NCBI GenBank assembly: GCA_947313885.1
Contig: CAMZNU010000009.1
Location: 64,396-128,395 of the forward strand
From: an uncultured Clostridia bacterium
GTDB taxonomy: Bacteria > Bacillota > Clostridia > Lachnospirales > CAMZNU01
Direction of reading: 5' to 3'
DNA length: 64,000 bases
Shown here: positions 9,195 to 18,207 of the stretch, one piece after another
Layout: each line of letters opens with the position of its first letter
How positions within the stretch are numbered: the first letter of the stretch is position 1
The notes under the pieces: generated by a model
Told to the model about the DNA's origin: nothing
The model's input: only the letters and a program-made list of their open reading frames with translations
The model's database searches: none
Translations under genes and position numbers: made by a program

Positions 9195-10541
9195 GTGATA
9201 GATATAGAAGATGAAAAATTCAAAGCAAGTAAACCAATAATTAAAGTAATAGGTGTAGGTGGTGCAGGCAATAATGCTATAAATAGGATGATAGAAGATG
9301 GATTAAAAGGGATAGAATTTATAGCCTGTAATACAGATGATCAAGATTTAGAAGGATCAAAAGCAGATAAAAAAGTACAATTGGGAGCAACGTTAACAAA
9401 AGGATTAGGAGCAGGTGGAGATCCGCAAATTGGAGAAGGAGCCGCAATAGAAGCGAAGGAAGAATTAGAGGGACTGTTAAAAAATACAAATATGTTATTT
9501 GTTACAGCAGGAATGGGTGGCGGAACAGGAACAGGAGCCGCACCAATAATTTCACAAATAGCAAAAGATAGTGGAATATTAACAGTAGGGATAGTAACGA
9601 AACCTTTCGCTTTTGAGGGAGCAGCAAGAATAAAAAAAGCAGAAGAAGGAATAAAAAAATTAAAAGAGTCGGTAGATACGTTAATTATAATACCTAACGA
9701 AAAGCTACTAGAAGTGATGGATGAAGATGCAACATTTTTAGAGTCCTTTGCAAAAGCCGATGAAGTATTAAGACAAGGCGTGCAAGGAGTATCAGATTTA
9801 ATAACAAAACCAGGATCTATAAATTTAGATTTTGCAGATGTGACGTCAGTAATGAAGAACAAAGGGCTAGCACATATGGGCGTAGGTGTAGCTACAGGAA
9901 AAAATAAAATTTTAGAAGCTACAAAAATAGCAATTAGTAGCCCGATGATAGAAACATCAATAGTAGGAGGATCGAGAGTATTGGTAAATGTTTCAGGAGA
10001 TCCTAAAATGGGATTACGAGCAGTTAATGAAACAATGGGTACATTACGTAACGTATTAGGCGGAGAACCAGAAATATTTATAGGAATAACTATAAACGAA
10101 GAGTTAGAAGATACGGCAATAGTAACGATAATAACAACTGGATTAGATGATGAGGTAAAAGCACAAAAAAATCAAGGTGTACAAAACCCAATGGGAATGC
10201 AAATAGAGATGATGAAAAAAGTAAAAACAGAAAATGAAGTACATAGTGAAATGGGACAAGCAGAAGCAACAAAACCATTAACATCATCTCAAATGATACA
10301 AATTACAAAAGGAGAAATACCGACAGAACCGTTAACTCAAAATCAAATAATAGAATTATCACAAGCCGATATGTTAACAGAGGAACAAATGGTGAAGTTA
10401 CTAAAACAATCAAAACAAGTAGGTAAAGTTACTGGGAATACAATACCAGATATAGGAATGGCAATCGATAAAGAAGAATTAGTGCCACAAAGAAAAAAAA
10501 GTGATAAATTCAACATACCTAAATTTGACAGTAGAAGATAA
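9195..10541 (+). CDS. ftsZ: cell division GTPase FtsZ with an extended C-terminal linker
   Basis: GTG start with GGAGG 8 nt upstream. Tubulin signature GGGTGTGAAP, NTD motif, and a C-terminal conserved peptide FNIPKFDSRR after a long Q/T/E-rich linker. Confidence 0.95.
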   Translation: MIDIEDEKFKASKPIIKVIGVGGAGNNAINRMIEDGLKGIEFIACNTDDQDLEGSKADKKVQLGATLTKGLGAGGDPQIGEGAAIEAKEELEGLLKNTNMLFVTAGMGGGTGTGAAPIISQIAKDSGILTVGIVTKPFAFEGAARIKKAEEGIKKLKESVDTLIIIPNEKLLEVMDEDATFLESFAKADEVLRQGVQGVSDLITKPGSINLDFADVTSVMKNKGLAHMGVGVATGKNKILEATKIAISSPMIETSIVGGSRVLVNVSGDPKMGLRAVNETMGTLRNVLGGEPEIFIGITINEELEDTAIVTIITTGLDDEVKAQKNQGVQNPMGMQIEMMKKVKTENEVHSEMGQAEATKPLTSSQMIQITKGEIPTEPLTQNQIIELSQADMLTEEQMVKLLKQSKQVGKVTGNTIPDIGMAIDKEELVPQRKKSDKFNIPKFDSRR

Positions 10542-10560
10542 ATAACTTAGATTAAAAAAA

Positions 10561-10591
10561 GTTAGCGTATAAATATACGCTAACTTTTTTT
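10561..10591 (+). terminator. intrinsic terminator after ftsZ
   Basis: Stem gttagcgtata / tatacgctaac followed by a T-run. Confidence 0.85.
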
Positions 10592-10606
10592 AAAGGGGGA
10601 GATTGT

Positions 10607-11506
10607 ATGAAACTATACAAAAGCATAGGAAATGAAAATTTAGTAAACACAATAAAAAGAAAAAGAAGTAAATTTAGCAAAAGTCAGCACAAAATAGCAG
10701 ATTACATATTAGAAAACAAGGAAAAAGTAATATTCAACTCAGTAAAAAAATTTAGTGAATTAGTTGGAGTAAGCGAGTCAACGGTGGTGAGATTTGCAAC
10801 AGAGTTAGGGTATAGTTGTTATAAAGAGTTTCAAATAGCGTTAGAAGATTTAATAAAAGTAGAGTCAACAGCATCAAAGAGAATAAATGCTACATTTGAT
10901 AAAATAAAAGATTCAAACAAACATATATTAGAGTTCGTTTTAGAAGGTGAAATAGAAAAAATTAAAAGGACGATAACGTTAAATGACACAAACACTTTTG
11001 ATAAAGCTATAGATAAAATTGTATCTGGAAAAAAAGTATTTATATTAGGAAGCAGGAGTTCATATGCATTAGCAAATTATTTCAGTTTTTATTTAAATTT
11101 TATGATATCAGATGTAGAACAGGTGGAAGTAACAAATGGAAGCGAAATATTTGAGCAATTAGATAAGATAAAAGAAGATGATGTGCTAATAGTATTGAGT
11201 TTTCCAAGATATGCAAATAAAACAATAAATATAGTGAAGCAAGTAAAAAAATCTAAAGTTACAATAATAGGTATAACAGATAGTGAAAATTCCCCAGCTG
11301 GTAAATTGAGCGATATAGTATTGTTAGCAACAACAGACATGTTATCTTTAGTAGATAGCCTAGTTTCACCATTTAGTTTAATAAATGCAATATTAATAAG
11401 TATATCTTTAAAAAATACAGATAAAATACTAAATAAATTTAATAATCTTGAAGAAATTTGGGGTAAATATGATATATATTATAAAGGAATAGATGACAAT
11501 GGGTAA
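10607..11506 (+). CDS. MurR/RpiR-family transcriptional regulator (HTH plus SIS domain)
   Basis: 299 aa. N-terminal HTH_6-like segment (SKSQHKIADYILEN...VSESTVVRFA) and a C-terminal SIS-like fold (VFILGSRSSYALANYF). Confidence 0.8.
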   Translation: MKLYKSIGNENLVNTIKRKRSKFSKSQHKIADYILENKEKVIFNSVKKFSELVGVSESTVVRFATELGYSCYKEFQIALEDLIKVESTASKRINATFDKIKDSNKHILEFVLEGEIEKIKRTITLNDTNTFDKAIDKIVSGKKVFILGSRSSYALANYFSFYLNFMISDVEQVEVTNGSEIFEQLDKIKEDDVLIVLSFPRYANKTINIVKQVKKSKVTIIGITDSENSPAGKLSDIVLLATTDMLSLVDSLVSPFSLINAILISISLKNTDKILNKFNNLEEIWGKYDIYYKGIDDNG

Positions 11507-12725
11507 AAAAATAGTAGTAATAGGTGGTGGAGCTAGTGGAATGATGTCGGCAATAATGGCAGCAGAAGACAATGAGAATGAAGTAGTAATCTATGAAAAA
11601 AATGAAAAACTAGGAAAAAAAATATACATAACAGGTAAAGGAAGATGTAATGTAACGAATAATTCGGATGTGGATAACTTATTAAATAATACAATAGGAA
11701 ACCCATATTTTATGTACAGTGCATATTATAGTTTTAATAGTCAAAATGTTATGGAATTTTTTGAAGGAGAAGGATTAAATTTAAAGACGGAGAGGGGGAA
11801 TAGAGTTTTTCCAAAATCGGATAAGTCAAATGATGTCATAAGGACGTTAGAAAAAAAATTAAGGAAAAATAATGTAAAGATAAGATTAAATAGTGAAGTA
11901 GAAAAATTAATATGTGAAGATAAAAAAATAGTTGGGTTAATAGTAAACGGGGTAAAAACACTATGTGATAAAATAATAGTAGCAACAGGCGGGTTATCAT
12001 ATAGTAGTACAGGTTCTACGGGAGATGGTTATAAATTTGCAAAAGATTTAGGAATAAAAGTAACAAATTTATCACCGTCATTAGTACCGCTAAAAGTAAA
12101 AGAGGAATTTGCGAAGGATTTACAAGGATTAAGTTTAAAAAATATAAAAGTAACTTTAAAAATAAATAATAAAAAGATATATAGTCATTTAGGAGAGATG
12201 ATGTTTACCCATTTTGGAATAACAGGACCATTAATTTTAACTAGCAGTAGATATTTAGTAGGAAGCAATTTTAAAAATACAGAAATGTTTATAGATTTAA
12301 AACCGTCATTAAGCGAAGGAGAATTAGATAATAGAATATTAAGAGATTTTAAAAAATATAATAATAAAGATTTTAAAAATGGACTAAAAGACTTATTACC
12401 ACAAAAAATAGTAGACACAATAATAAAGTTATCATTAATAGATCCTGACAAGAAAATAAATGAAATTACTAAAAGTGAAAGAAATAATTTAGTAAAAGTA
12501 TTAAAAAATTTAAAAATAACAATAATAGATAGTAATGGATATAATCAAGCAGTAGTTACATCAGGTGGCATAAGTGTAGACGAGCTTAACCCGTCAACTT
12601 GTGAAAGTAAGAAAATAAGGGGTTTATTTTTTGTAGGCGAAGTAATCGATGTAGATTGTTTAACAGGTGGGTATAATATGCAAGTAGCATTTTCGACAGG
12701 ATACTTAGCAGGAGTAAGTTGTTAA
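11493..12725 (+). CDS. HI0933/BaiN-like NAD(P)/FAD-dependent oxidoreductase
   Basis: 410 aa. VVIGGGASGMMSA dinucleotide motif, GKGRCNVTN motif and C-terminal GGYNMQVAFSTG, all typical of the HI0933 family. It overlaps the regulator's stop by 14 nt. Confidence 0.8.
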   Translation: MTMGKKIVVIGGGASGMMSAIMAAEDNENEVVIYEKNEKLGKKIYITGKGRCNVTNNSDVDNLLNNTIGNPYFMYSAYYSFNSQNVMEFFEGEGLNLKTERGNRVFPKSDKSNDVIRTLEKKLRKNNVKIRLNSEVEKLICEDKKIVGLIVNGVKTLCDKIIVATGGLSYSSTGSTGDGYKFAKDLGIKVTNLSPSLVPLKVKEEFAKDLQGLSLKNIKVTLKINNKKIYSHLGEMMFTHFGITGPLILTSSRYLVGSNFKNTEMFIDLKPSLSEGELDNRILRDFKKYNNKDFKNGLKDLLPQKIVDTIIKLSLIDPDKKINEITKSERNNLVKVLKNLKITIIDSNGYNQAVVTSGGISVDELNPSTCESKKIRGLFFVGEVIDVDCLTGGYNMQVAFSTGYLAGVSC

Positions 12726-12735
12726 AGGAGGATTA

Positions 12736-13407
12736 ATGATAAAAAACATTGCAATAGATGGTTTAAGTGGTGCTGGAAAAAGTACTGTAGCAAAAGAAGT
12801 TGCTAGGGAGTTAGGATATGTATATGTTGATACAGGGTCTATGTATAGAGGAGTAGCATTATATTTAATCGAAAGAAAAATTGACTACAAGAAAGAAAAA
12901 AATGTAATAAATGCTTTAAAAAACATAAAAATAGATTTAGAGTATGTAAATGGTGAGCAACAAGTCATATTGAATGGAAAAAACGTAAGTACAGATGTTA
13001 GAAATGAAAAAGTAGGAATAGTTACATCAAAGTATGTAGCAGTAATTAACGAAGTAAGAGAATTTTTAGTAGAAATACAAAAAGAATTAGGGAAAAAAAA
13101 ATCTATTGTAATGGATGGTAGAGATATAGGAAGTGTAGTTTTAAAAGATGCTTTTTTAAAAATCTATTTAGATGCAACGCCAGAGGCGAGAGCTAAAAGA
13201 AGGTATAAAGAGATATTAGGCAAAAAAACAGACGTAAAGTATGAAGAAGTTATAGAAGATATAAAAAGAAGAGATTATACAGATACAACAAGAAAACATT
13301 CACCACTAATAAGATGTGATGATGCGGTATATATTGATAGTTCGAATATGAACATAGAAGAAGTAGTAGAAGAAATAATAAAAATATATAAAGAAAGAGA
13401 AAAGTAG
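12736..13407 (+). CDS. cmk: cytidylate kinase
   Basis: IAIDGLSGAGKST P-loop, the DTGSMYR motif and a length of 223 aa. Confidence 0.9.
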   Translation: MIKNIAIDGLSGAGKSTVAKEVARELGYVYVDTGSMYRGVALYLIERKIDYKKEKNVINALKNIKIDLEYVNGEQQVILNGKNVSTDVRNEKVGIVTSKYVAVINEVREFLVEIQKELGKKKSIVMDGRDIGSVVLKDAFLKIYLDATPEARAKRRYKEILGKKTDVKYEEVIEDIKRRDYTDTTRKHSPLIRCDDAVYIDSSNMNIEEVVEEIIKIYKEREK

Positions 13408-13422
13408 ATAAAGGGTGGATGT

Positions 13423-15363
13423 ATGGGTATAATGATTGCAAAAACGGCAGGGTTTTGTTACGGAGTAAAAAAAGCAGTAGACACTGTATATAAAGAGGCA
13501 AAAGAAGGAGAAGTTACAACATTAGGTGAAATAATTCATAATGGAATAGTAATAGAAGATTTAAAAAGTATGGGAGTAGAAACCATAGATAGTATAGAAC
13601 AGTTTAAAAAAGGAAAGTTAATAATAAGATCTCATGGAGTATGTAAAAAAACTATAGAAAAAATAAAAGATAAAAAAATAGATTATATAGATTGCACATG
13701 TTATGACGTGAAAAAAATACATAATATTGTGGAGCTACAAAGTGGCTTAGGAAAAAATATAATAGTAATAGGAAACAAGAACCATCCAGAAGTAATAGGA
13801 ATAAGTGGATGGTCGTCAAAAGAGGTAGTTGTAATAAAAGATGAAAGTTGTAAAAACATATTAGAGTTAAAGACAGATAAAGAGTATGTAATAGTGGTGC
13901 AAACGACATATAATTTAGATATGCTAAATAAGATAGTGAAAAAAATAGAAGAAAGAAAGATTAAATACAAGTTAGAAAATACAATATGTAAGGCTACAAT
14001 AGATAGGCAACGTGAAGTAGTAGAATTATCTAAAAAGATGGATCACATGCTAGTTATAGGTGGCAAAAAAAGTTCAAATACAAATAAATTATACGAGCTT
14101 GCAAAAAAAAATTGCAAAAATACATATTTTATTGAAAATGCAAGTGAAATAGACTTGAATTTTGTAAAAAAAAATGTTAAGATTGGTATAATGGCTGGTG
14201 CATCAACACCACAAGCTATAATTAAGGAGGCAATGAAAATTATGAGTACAGAAATTACAGATGAAATGACTTTCGAGGAGATGTTGAATCAATCTTTAGA
14301 AAACAGGGTAAAAACAGGAGATATAGTAACAGGTACGATCATTCGTATTGTAGGCGAAGAAATCTATGTAAATGTTCAGTATAAATCTGATGGAATTATT
14401 CCAGCGGGAGAGTACGCAAGTGATAAGAGCATTAAAGCATCAGAGTGTGTTAAAGTTGGAGATGACATAGAAGTTTATGTATTAACTTTAAATGATGGAG
14501 ATGGAAATGTTGTATTATCTAAAAAAAGAATAGAAGAACATAGAGCATTCTTAGAGCTTGAAAAAGTTTACGACGAAAAAGAAATAGTAATGGGTAAAGT
14601 TGTAGAAGTAATTAAAGGCGGATTAATAGCAGTTATAAGAGAAAATAGAATATTTGTTCCAGCATCTCAAATTTCAGCTAGTTTTACAAAAGATCTAAAT
14701 TCTTTTGTTGGAAAAGAACTTGAATTTAACATTATCGAGTTTAATAAAACAAAACGTAAAGTAGTAGCTGGACGTAAAGAAATAGCTCAAAAAGAAATGG
14801 CTGGTAAGAGAGCAGAAATATTTGCAAAAATTGATGTTAATACTAGACTTAAAGGTGTTGTAAGACGTATAGTAGATTATGGAGCGTTTGTAGATATCGG
14901 TGGCATCGACGGATTAATTCACATATCAGAATTAGCGTGGTGTAGAGTTAAAAGAGTAACAGATATCATTAATGTAAACGATGAAGTTGAAGTTGTAATT
15001 ATAGATATTGATAAAGAAAAAGGCAAAGTAGCATTATCACTAAAAGCGATTACAGAAAATCCGTGGAATGATGCGGAAAATAAATTTAAAGTAGGAAATA
15101 CTATTACAGGTAAAGTAGTAAGAATCGTAGACTTTGGAGCTTTTGTAGAAATAGAGCCAGGAGTAGATGCTTTATTACATATTTCTCAAATTTCACATAA
15201 TCATACAGATTCAGTAGCATCTGTATTAAAAGTGTCACAAGAAATAGAGGCCGAAGTAATAGAATTAGATCTTAAAATAAAAAAAATAAGTATATCAATG
15301 AAAGCTTTAGAAGAGAACCCTGAAGAGGATAAAGAAAAAACAACAACAGAAGAAGAAGCATAA
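13423..15363 (+). CDS. ispH: bifunctional IspH (LytB) / ribosomal protein S1 fusion
   Basis: 646 aa. The N-terminal ~280 aa are IspH-like (AGFCYGVKKAV, HNPEV-type motifs). The C-terminal part has four S1 repeats (e.g. GDIVTGTII, GKVVEVIKGGL, LKGVVRRIVDYGAFVDI, ITGKVVRIVDFGAFVEI). Confidence 0.9.
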   Translation: MGIMIAKTAGFCYGVKKAVDTVYKEAKEGEVTTLGEIIHNGIVIEDLKSMGVETIDSIEQFKKGKLIIRSHGVCKKTIEKIKDKKIDYIDCTCYDVKKIHNIVELQSGLGKNIIVIGNKNHPEVIGISGWSSKEVVVIKDESCKNILELKTDKEYVIVVQTTYNLDMLNKIVKKIEERKIKYKLENTICKATIDRQREVVELSKKMDHMLVIGGKKSSNTNKLYELAKKNCKNTYFIENASEIDLNFVKKNVKIGIMAGASTPQAIIKEAMKIMSTEITDEMTFEEMLNQSLENRVKTGDIVTGTIIRIVGEEIYVNVQYKSDGIIPAGEYASDKSIKASECVKVGDDIEVYVLTLNDGDGNVVLSKKRIEEHRAFLELEKVYDEKEIVMGKVVEVIKGGLIAVIRENRIFVPASQISASFTKDLNSFVGKELEFNIIEFNKTKRKVVAGRKEIAQKEMAGKRAEIFAKIDVNTRLKGVVRRIVDYGAFVDIGGIDGLIHISELAWCRVKRVTDIINVNDEVEVVIIDIDKEKGKVALSLKAITENPWNDAENKFKVGNTITGKVVRIVDFGAFVEIEPGVDALLHISQISHNHTDSVASVLKVSQEIEAEVIELDLKIKKISISMKALEENPEEDKEKTTTEEEA

Positions 15364-15373
15364 TCTAAATCAT

Positions 15374-15404
15374 AAAAAAAAGACATCATAAATGTCTTTT
15401 TTTT
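15374..15404. terminator. bidirectional intrinsic terminator
   Basis: Stem agacat / atgtct, extended by a flanking A-run and T-run. It serves ispH-S1 on the plus strand and the small peptide genes on the minus strand. Confidence 0.75.
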
Positions 15405-15414
15405 ATGCAATAAA

Positions 15415-15570
15415 TTAGCCGTTAATATTACAATCGTTAAACTCAGCAGAAGTTTCACAATAATCTAACGCCTCACTTTTAATTTGCAAAGCTACACTAC
15501 TAGTTGTTTTTAAATTATTTAAGTTGTTTAAATCGGATGGATTATTATTCTTATTCTTTTTATTGTTCAC
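15415..15570 (-). CDS. 51-aa hydrophilic Cys-containing peptide, copy 1 (not in the ORF track)
   Basis: GTG start with AAGGAG 6 nt upstream. Translation is (M)NNKKNKNNNPSDLNNLNNLKTTSSVALQIKSEALDYCETSAEFNDCNING, translated by hand codon by codon. Its stop lies 11 nt before the terminator hairpin. Confidence 0.55.
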   Translation of the reverse strand: MNNKKNKNNNPSDLNNLNNLKTTSSVALQIKSEALDYCETSAEFNDCNING

Positions 15571-15702
15571 AATTAACTCCTTCTAGAAATTTTTTCTGTA
15601 TGTTTAAATATAAAAAATAATATGTATAATGTCACAACAAGAAAAAAATAAAAAATTTTATATACTTATTAAGAACCGAGGGTAAAGAAGAAATAACATA
15701 AA

Positions 15703-15858
15703 TTAGCCGTTAATATTACAATCGTTAAACTCAGCAGAAGTTTCACAACAATCTAACGCCTCATTTTTAATTTGCAAAGCTACACTACTAGTTGTTTTTA
15801 AATTATTTAAGTTGTTTAGATCGGATGGATTATTATTCTTTTTCTTTTTATTATTCAC
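15703..15858 (-). CDS. 51-aa hydrophilic Cys-containing peptide, copy 2 (paralogue of copy 1)
   Basis: Same architecture as copy 1 (AAGGAG, 6 nt spacer, GTG). Translation is (M)NNKKKKNNNPSDLNNLNNLKTTSSVALQIKNEALDCCETSAEFNDCNING. It differs from copy 1 by N6K, S32N and Y37C plus 2 synonymous changes. No indels, and the frame is preserved. Confidence 0.55.
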   Translation of the reverse strand: MNNKKKKNNNPSDLNNLNNLKTTSSVALQIKNEALDCCETSAEFNDCNING

Positions 15859-16112
15859 AATTGACTCCTTCTAGAAAATTTTTTTCTATATGTTCAAATA
15901 TTAAAAAATAATATGTACAATTTCACAACAAGAAAAAAATAAAATTTTTTATATCCTTATTATTGTGTATAAAAAAATATAAAGTATTCAAAAAAATAAA
16001 AAAAAACTTTTAAATAAAGGATATAAAACTTTGTAAAATATTATGTCTATTTAAGGATAAAAAGATATGGTAAAATTCTAATAGATATTGAACCGTAGAA
16101 ATTGGAGGCATT

Positions 16113-18128
16113 ATGAAATTACTAGAAGATGAATTTATAAAGAAATATAAAAATGTAAAACCGTCTATGAGCGAAATAGGTGAATTCACATTTTTGAGAA
16201 CATATTCCAGATATTTAAAAGAAAAAAATAGACGTGAGATGTGGTTTGAGACGTGTAAAAGAGCAGTAGAATTTAACTGTTCTTTAGATGAAAACGTAAC
16301 AAGAGAAGAGGCGGAACAGTTATTTGACAACTTATTTAATTTAAGAACCTTTTTAAGTGGGCGTACTTTATGGATAGGAGGAACTAAAGCATCAAAGTTG
16401 TTCCCAATGTCAAATTTTAATTGTGCTTTTACAGTTATAGATTCATTTGAAGCAATACTTGATGTATTTTATTTGTTAATGATAGGTGCAGGAGTCGGTT
16501 GTAGAATTTTAAAAGATGATGCTAAAAAAATGCCTTCAATAAGAAAAGTGAAAATTGTGCATAAAGATTATTGTGGAGTGCCTAAAAAAGAAAGACTTGA
16601 AAATACTAAAGAAAAAGTAGAAAATAATAAATTAATAATTATTATAGGTGATAGTAAAAATGGATGGTCAGAAGGATTAAAGAAATATTTTGATGCATTA
16701 TATAAAAATGAGTTTGAAAATATAAATGAAATACATTTAAATTATGACAATATAAGACCAAAAGGTGAAATTTTAAAAACTTTTGGAGGGCGTGCAAGTG
16801 GACATGAGTCACTTAAAAATATGTTTGTAAAAATACATAGAGTTTTAGATAATAGCAAATCAAATATTTCAACGTTAGAATGCTTAGACATTTGCAATAT
16901 TATAGCGGAGAATGTTGTTTTAGGTGGAGTCAGACGAAGCGCGGAAATGATCATAGTAGATAGTGATGATGCTGACGTATTAAATGCTAAAAACGATATT
17001 TATAAAGATGGTAAATGTAATCAAGAAATAGTACATAGATATTTATCAAACAATAGTGTTTTATATGATGAGCTACCAAATAGAGAAACATTTAAAGAGC
17101 ATTTCAAAAAAATAAGATACTCAGGGGAACCAGGTTTTATAATGAGCAAAGAAGCTACTAGAAGAAATAAAAACTTTAAAGGTGTAAACCCATGTGGTGA
17201 AATTTTATTAGATGATAAGCAAACTTGTAATTTAGTAACTACAGATTTAAATAAATTTATAAAAGATGGCGTTTTAGATGAAGAAAAATTATTTAAAGCA
17301 TACGAATTAATTGTAAGAGCATCATTTAGATTGACATTATTAAAATTAGAATTACCAGAATGGGATGAGAAACAAAATAGAGATAGATTATTAGGAGTGT
17401 CTCTAACAGGTATTCAAGATGCATTTAACACTCTTAAATATAATAAAGAAGAAAAAATAAAATTATTAAATAAATTAAGAGAATTAGCTATAAAAACGGC
17501 AAATGATTATGCAGATAGTTTAAATTTAAACAGACCTATGTTAGTAACTACAGTAAAACCAGAAGGTACAATATCTTTATTATCGACAGTTTCAAGTGGA
17601 GTACATTATTCACATTCACCGTACTACATAAGAAGAATAAGAGTAAATACATCAGATCCATTATGCAAGTTAGCAGAACATAACAATTATCCTATATACC
17701 CAGAAGTAGGACAAGATATAAAAAATTGTATGACTAAAGTAGTAGAGTTTCCAGTTAAAGCACCAAAAGGAAAAACAAAATATGAAGTATCAGCAGTAGA
17801 GCAATTTGAAGATTACTTAATGTTTCAAGAACATTACACGCAACATAACACAAGTATTACAATTCATGTAAAAAATGATGAGTGGGAACAATTAGAGGAA
17901 GTTGTGTTTAAAAATATTCATAAAATAATAGGTATAACGTTTTTATCAATAGATGATAGTTTTTATCAGTTATTACCTTATGAAAGCATAAATGAAGAAG
18001 AATATTTAGATAGAAAAGAAAAGTGTAAATCATTTTCGGCAGAAGAACTAATGGAATATGAAAACTTAGAACTAGAATTTGATTTAATAGATGACGATTG
18101 TGTAGGCGGGGCATGTCCTGTTAGATAA
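16113..18128 (+). CDS. nrdJ: class II (adenosylcobalamin-dependent) ribonucleotide reductase, monomeric RTPR-like
   Basis: 671 aa. FLRTYSR motif near the N-terminus, active-site NPCGEI, and a C-terminal redox Cys pair CVGGACPV. Confidence 0.8.
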   Translation: MKLLEDEFIKKYKNVKPSMSEIGEFTFLRTYSRYLKEKNRREMWFETCKRAVEFNCSLDENVTREEAEQLFDNLFNLRTFLSGRTLWIGGTKASKLFPMSNFNCAFTVIDSFEAILDVFYLLMIGAGVGCRILKDDAKKMPSIRKVKIVHKDYCGVPKKERLENTKEKVENNKLIIIIGDSKNGWSEGLKKYFDALYKNEFENINEIHLNYDNIRPKGEILKTFGGRASGHESLKNMFVKIHRVLDNSKSNISTLECLDICNIIAENVVLGGVRRSAEMIIVDSDDADVLNAKNDIYKDGKCNQEIVHRYLSNNSVLYDELPNRETFKEHFKKIRYSGEPGFIMSKEATRRNKNFKGVNPCGEILLDDKQTCNLVTTDLNKFIKDGVLDEEKLFKAYELIVRASFRLTLLKLELPEWDEKQNRDRLLGVSLTGIQDAFNTLKYNKEEKIKLLNKLRELAIKTANDYADSLNLNRPMLVTTVKPEGTISLLSTVSSGVHYSHSPYYIRRIRVNTSDPLCKLAEHNNYPIYPEVGQDIKNCMTKVVEFPVKAPKGKTKYEVSAVEQFEDYLMFQEHYTQHNTSITIHVKNDEWEQLEEVVFKNIHKIIGITFLSIDDSFYQLLPYESINEEEYLDRKEKCKSFSAEELMEYENLELEFDLIDDDCVGGACPVR

Positions 18129-18145
18129 ATATAAAAATATGAAAA

Positions 18146-18185
18146 ACAAAAGCTTTATATTAAAAATATAAAGCTTTTGTTTTTT
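18146..18185 (+). terminator. intrinsic terminator between nrdJ and dut
   Basis: Long perfect stem acaaaagctttatatt / aatataaagcttttgt, then a T-run. Confidence 0.85.
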
Positions 18186-18207
18186 AAAATAAGAAGGGAG
18201 AAATAAA

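Larger units (their letters stand above)
15411..15955. repeat. tandem direct duplication: two units of about 255 bp, period 288 bp
   Basis: The unit starting at 15411 (taaattagccgttaatattacaatcg...) recurs at 15699. Similarity covers the ORF, the SD and about 100 bp of upstream (minus-strand) promoter-like sequence. Confidence 0.9.

Noticed and set aside
15411-15955. CRISPR array or IS-element terminal repeats as an explanation for the 288-bp periodic repeat
   Set aside because: There are only two long units, with no short repeat/spacer alternation. There are no inverted terminal repeats and no transposase or cas genes in the window.
15860-16112. NrdR box or cobalamin riboswitch upstream of nrdJ
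   Set aside because: No convincing 16-bp NrdR palindrome pair or B12-box was seen by eye. Only a TGgTAAAAT extended -10-like element at 16068-16076 was found. A B12 riboswitch would in any case be unexpected on a B12-dependent RNR.
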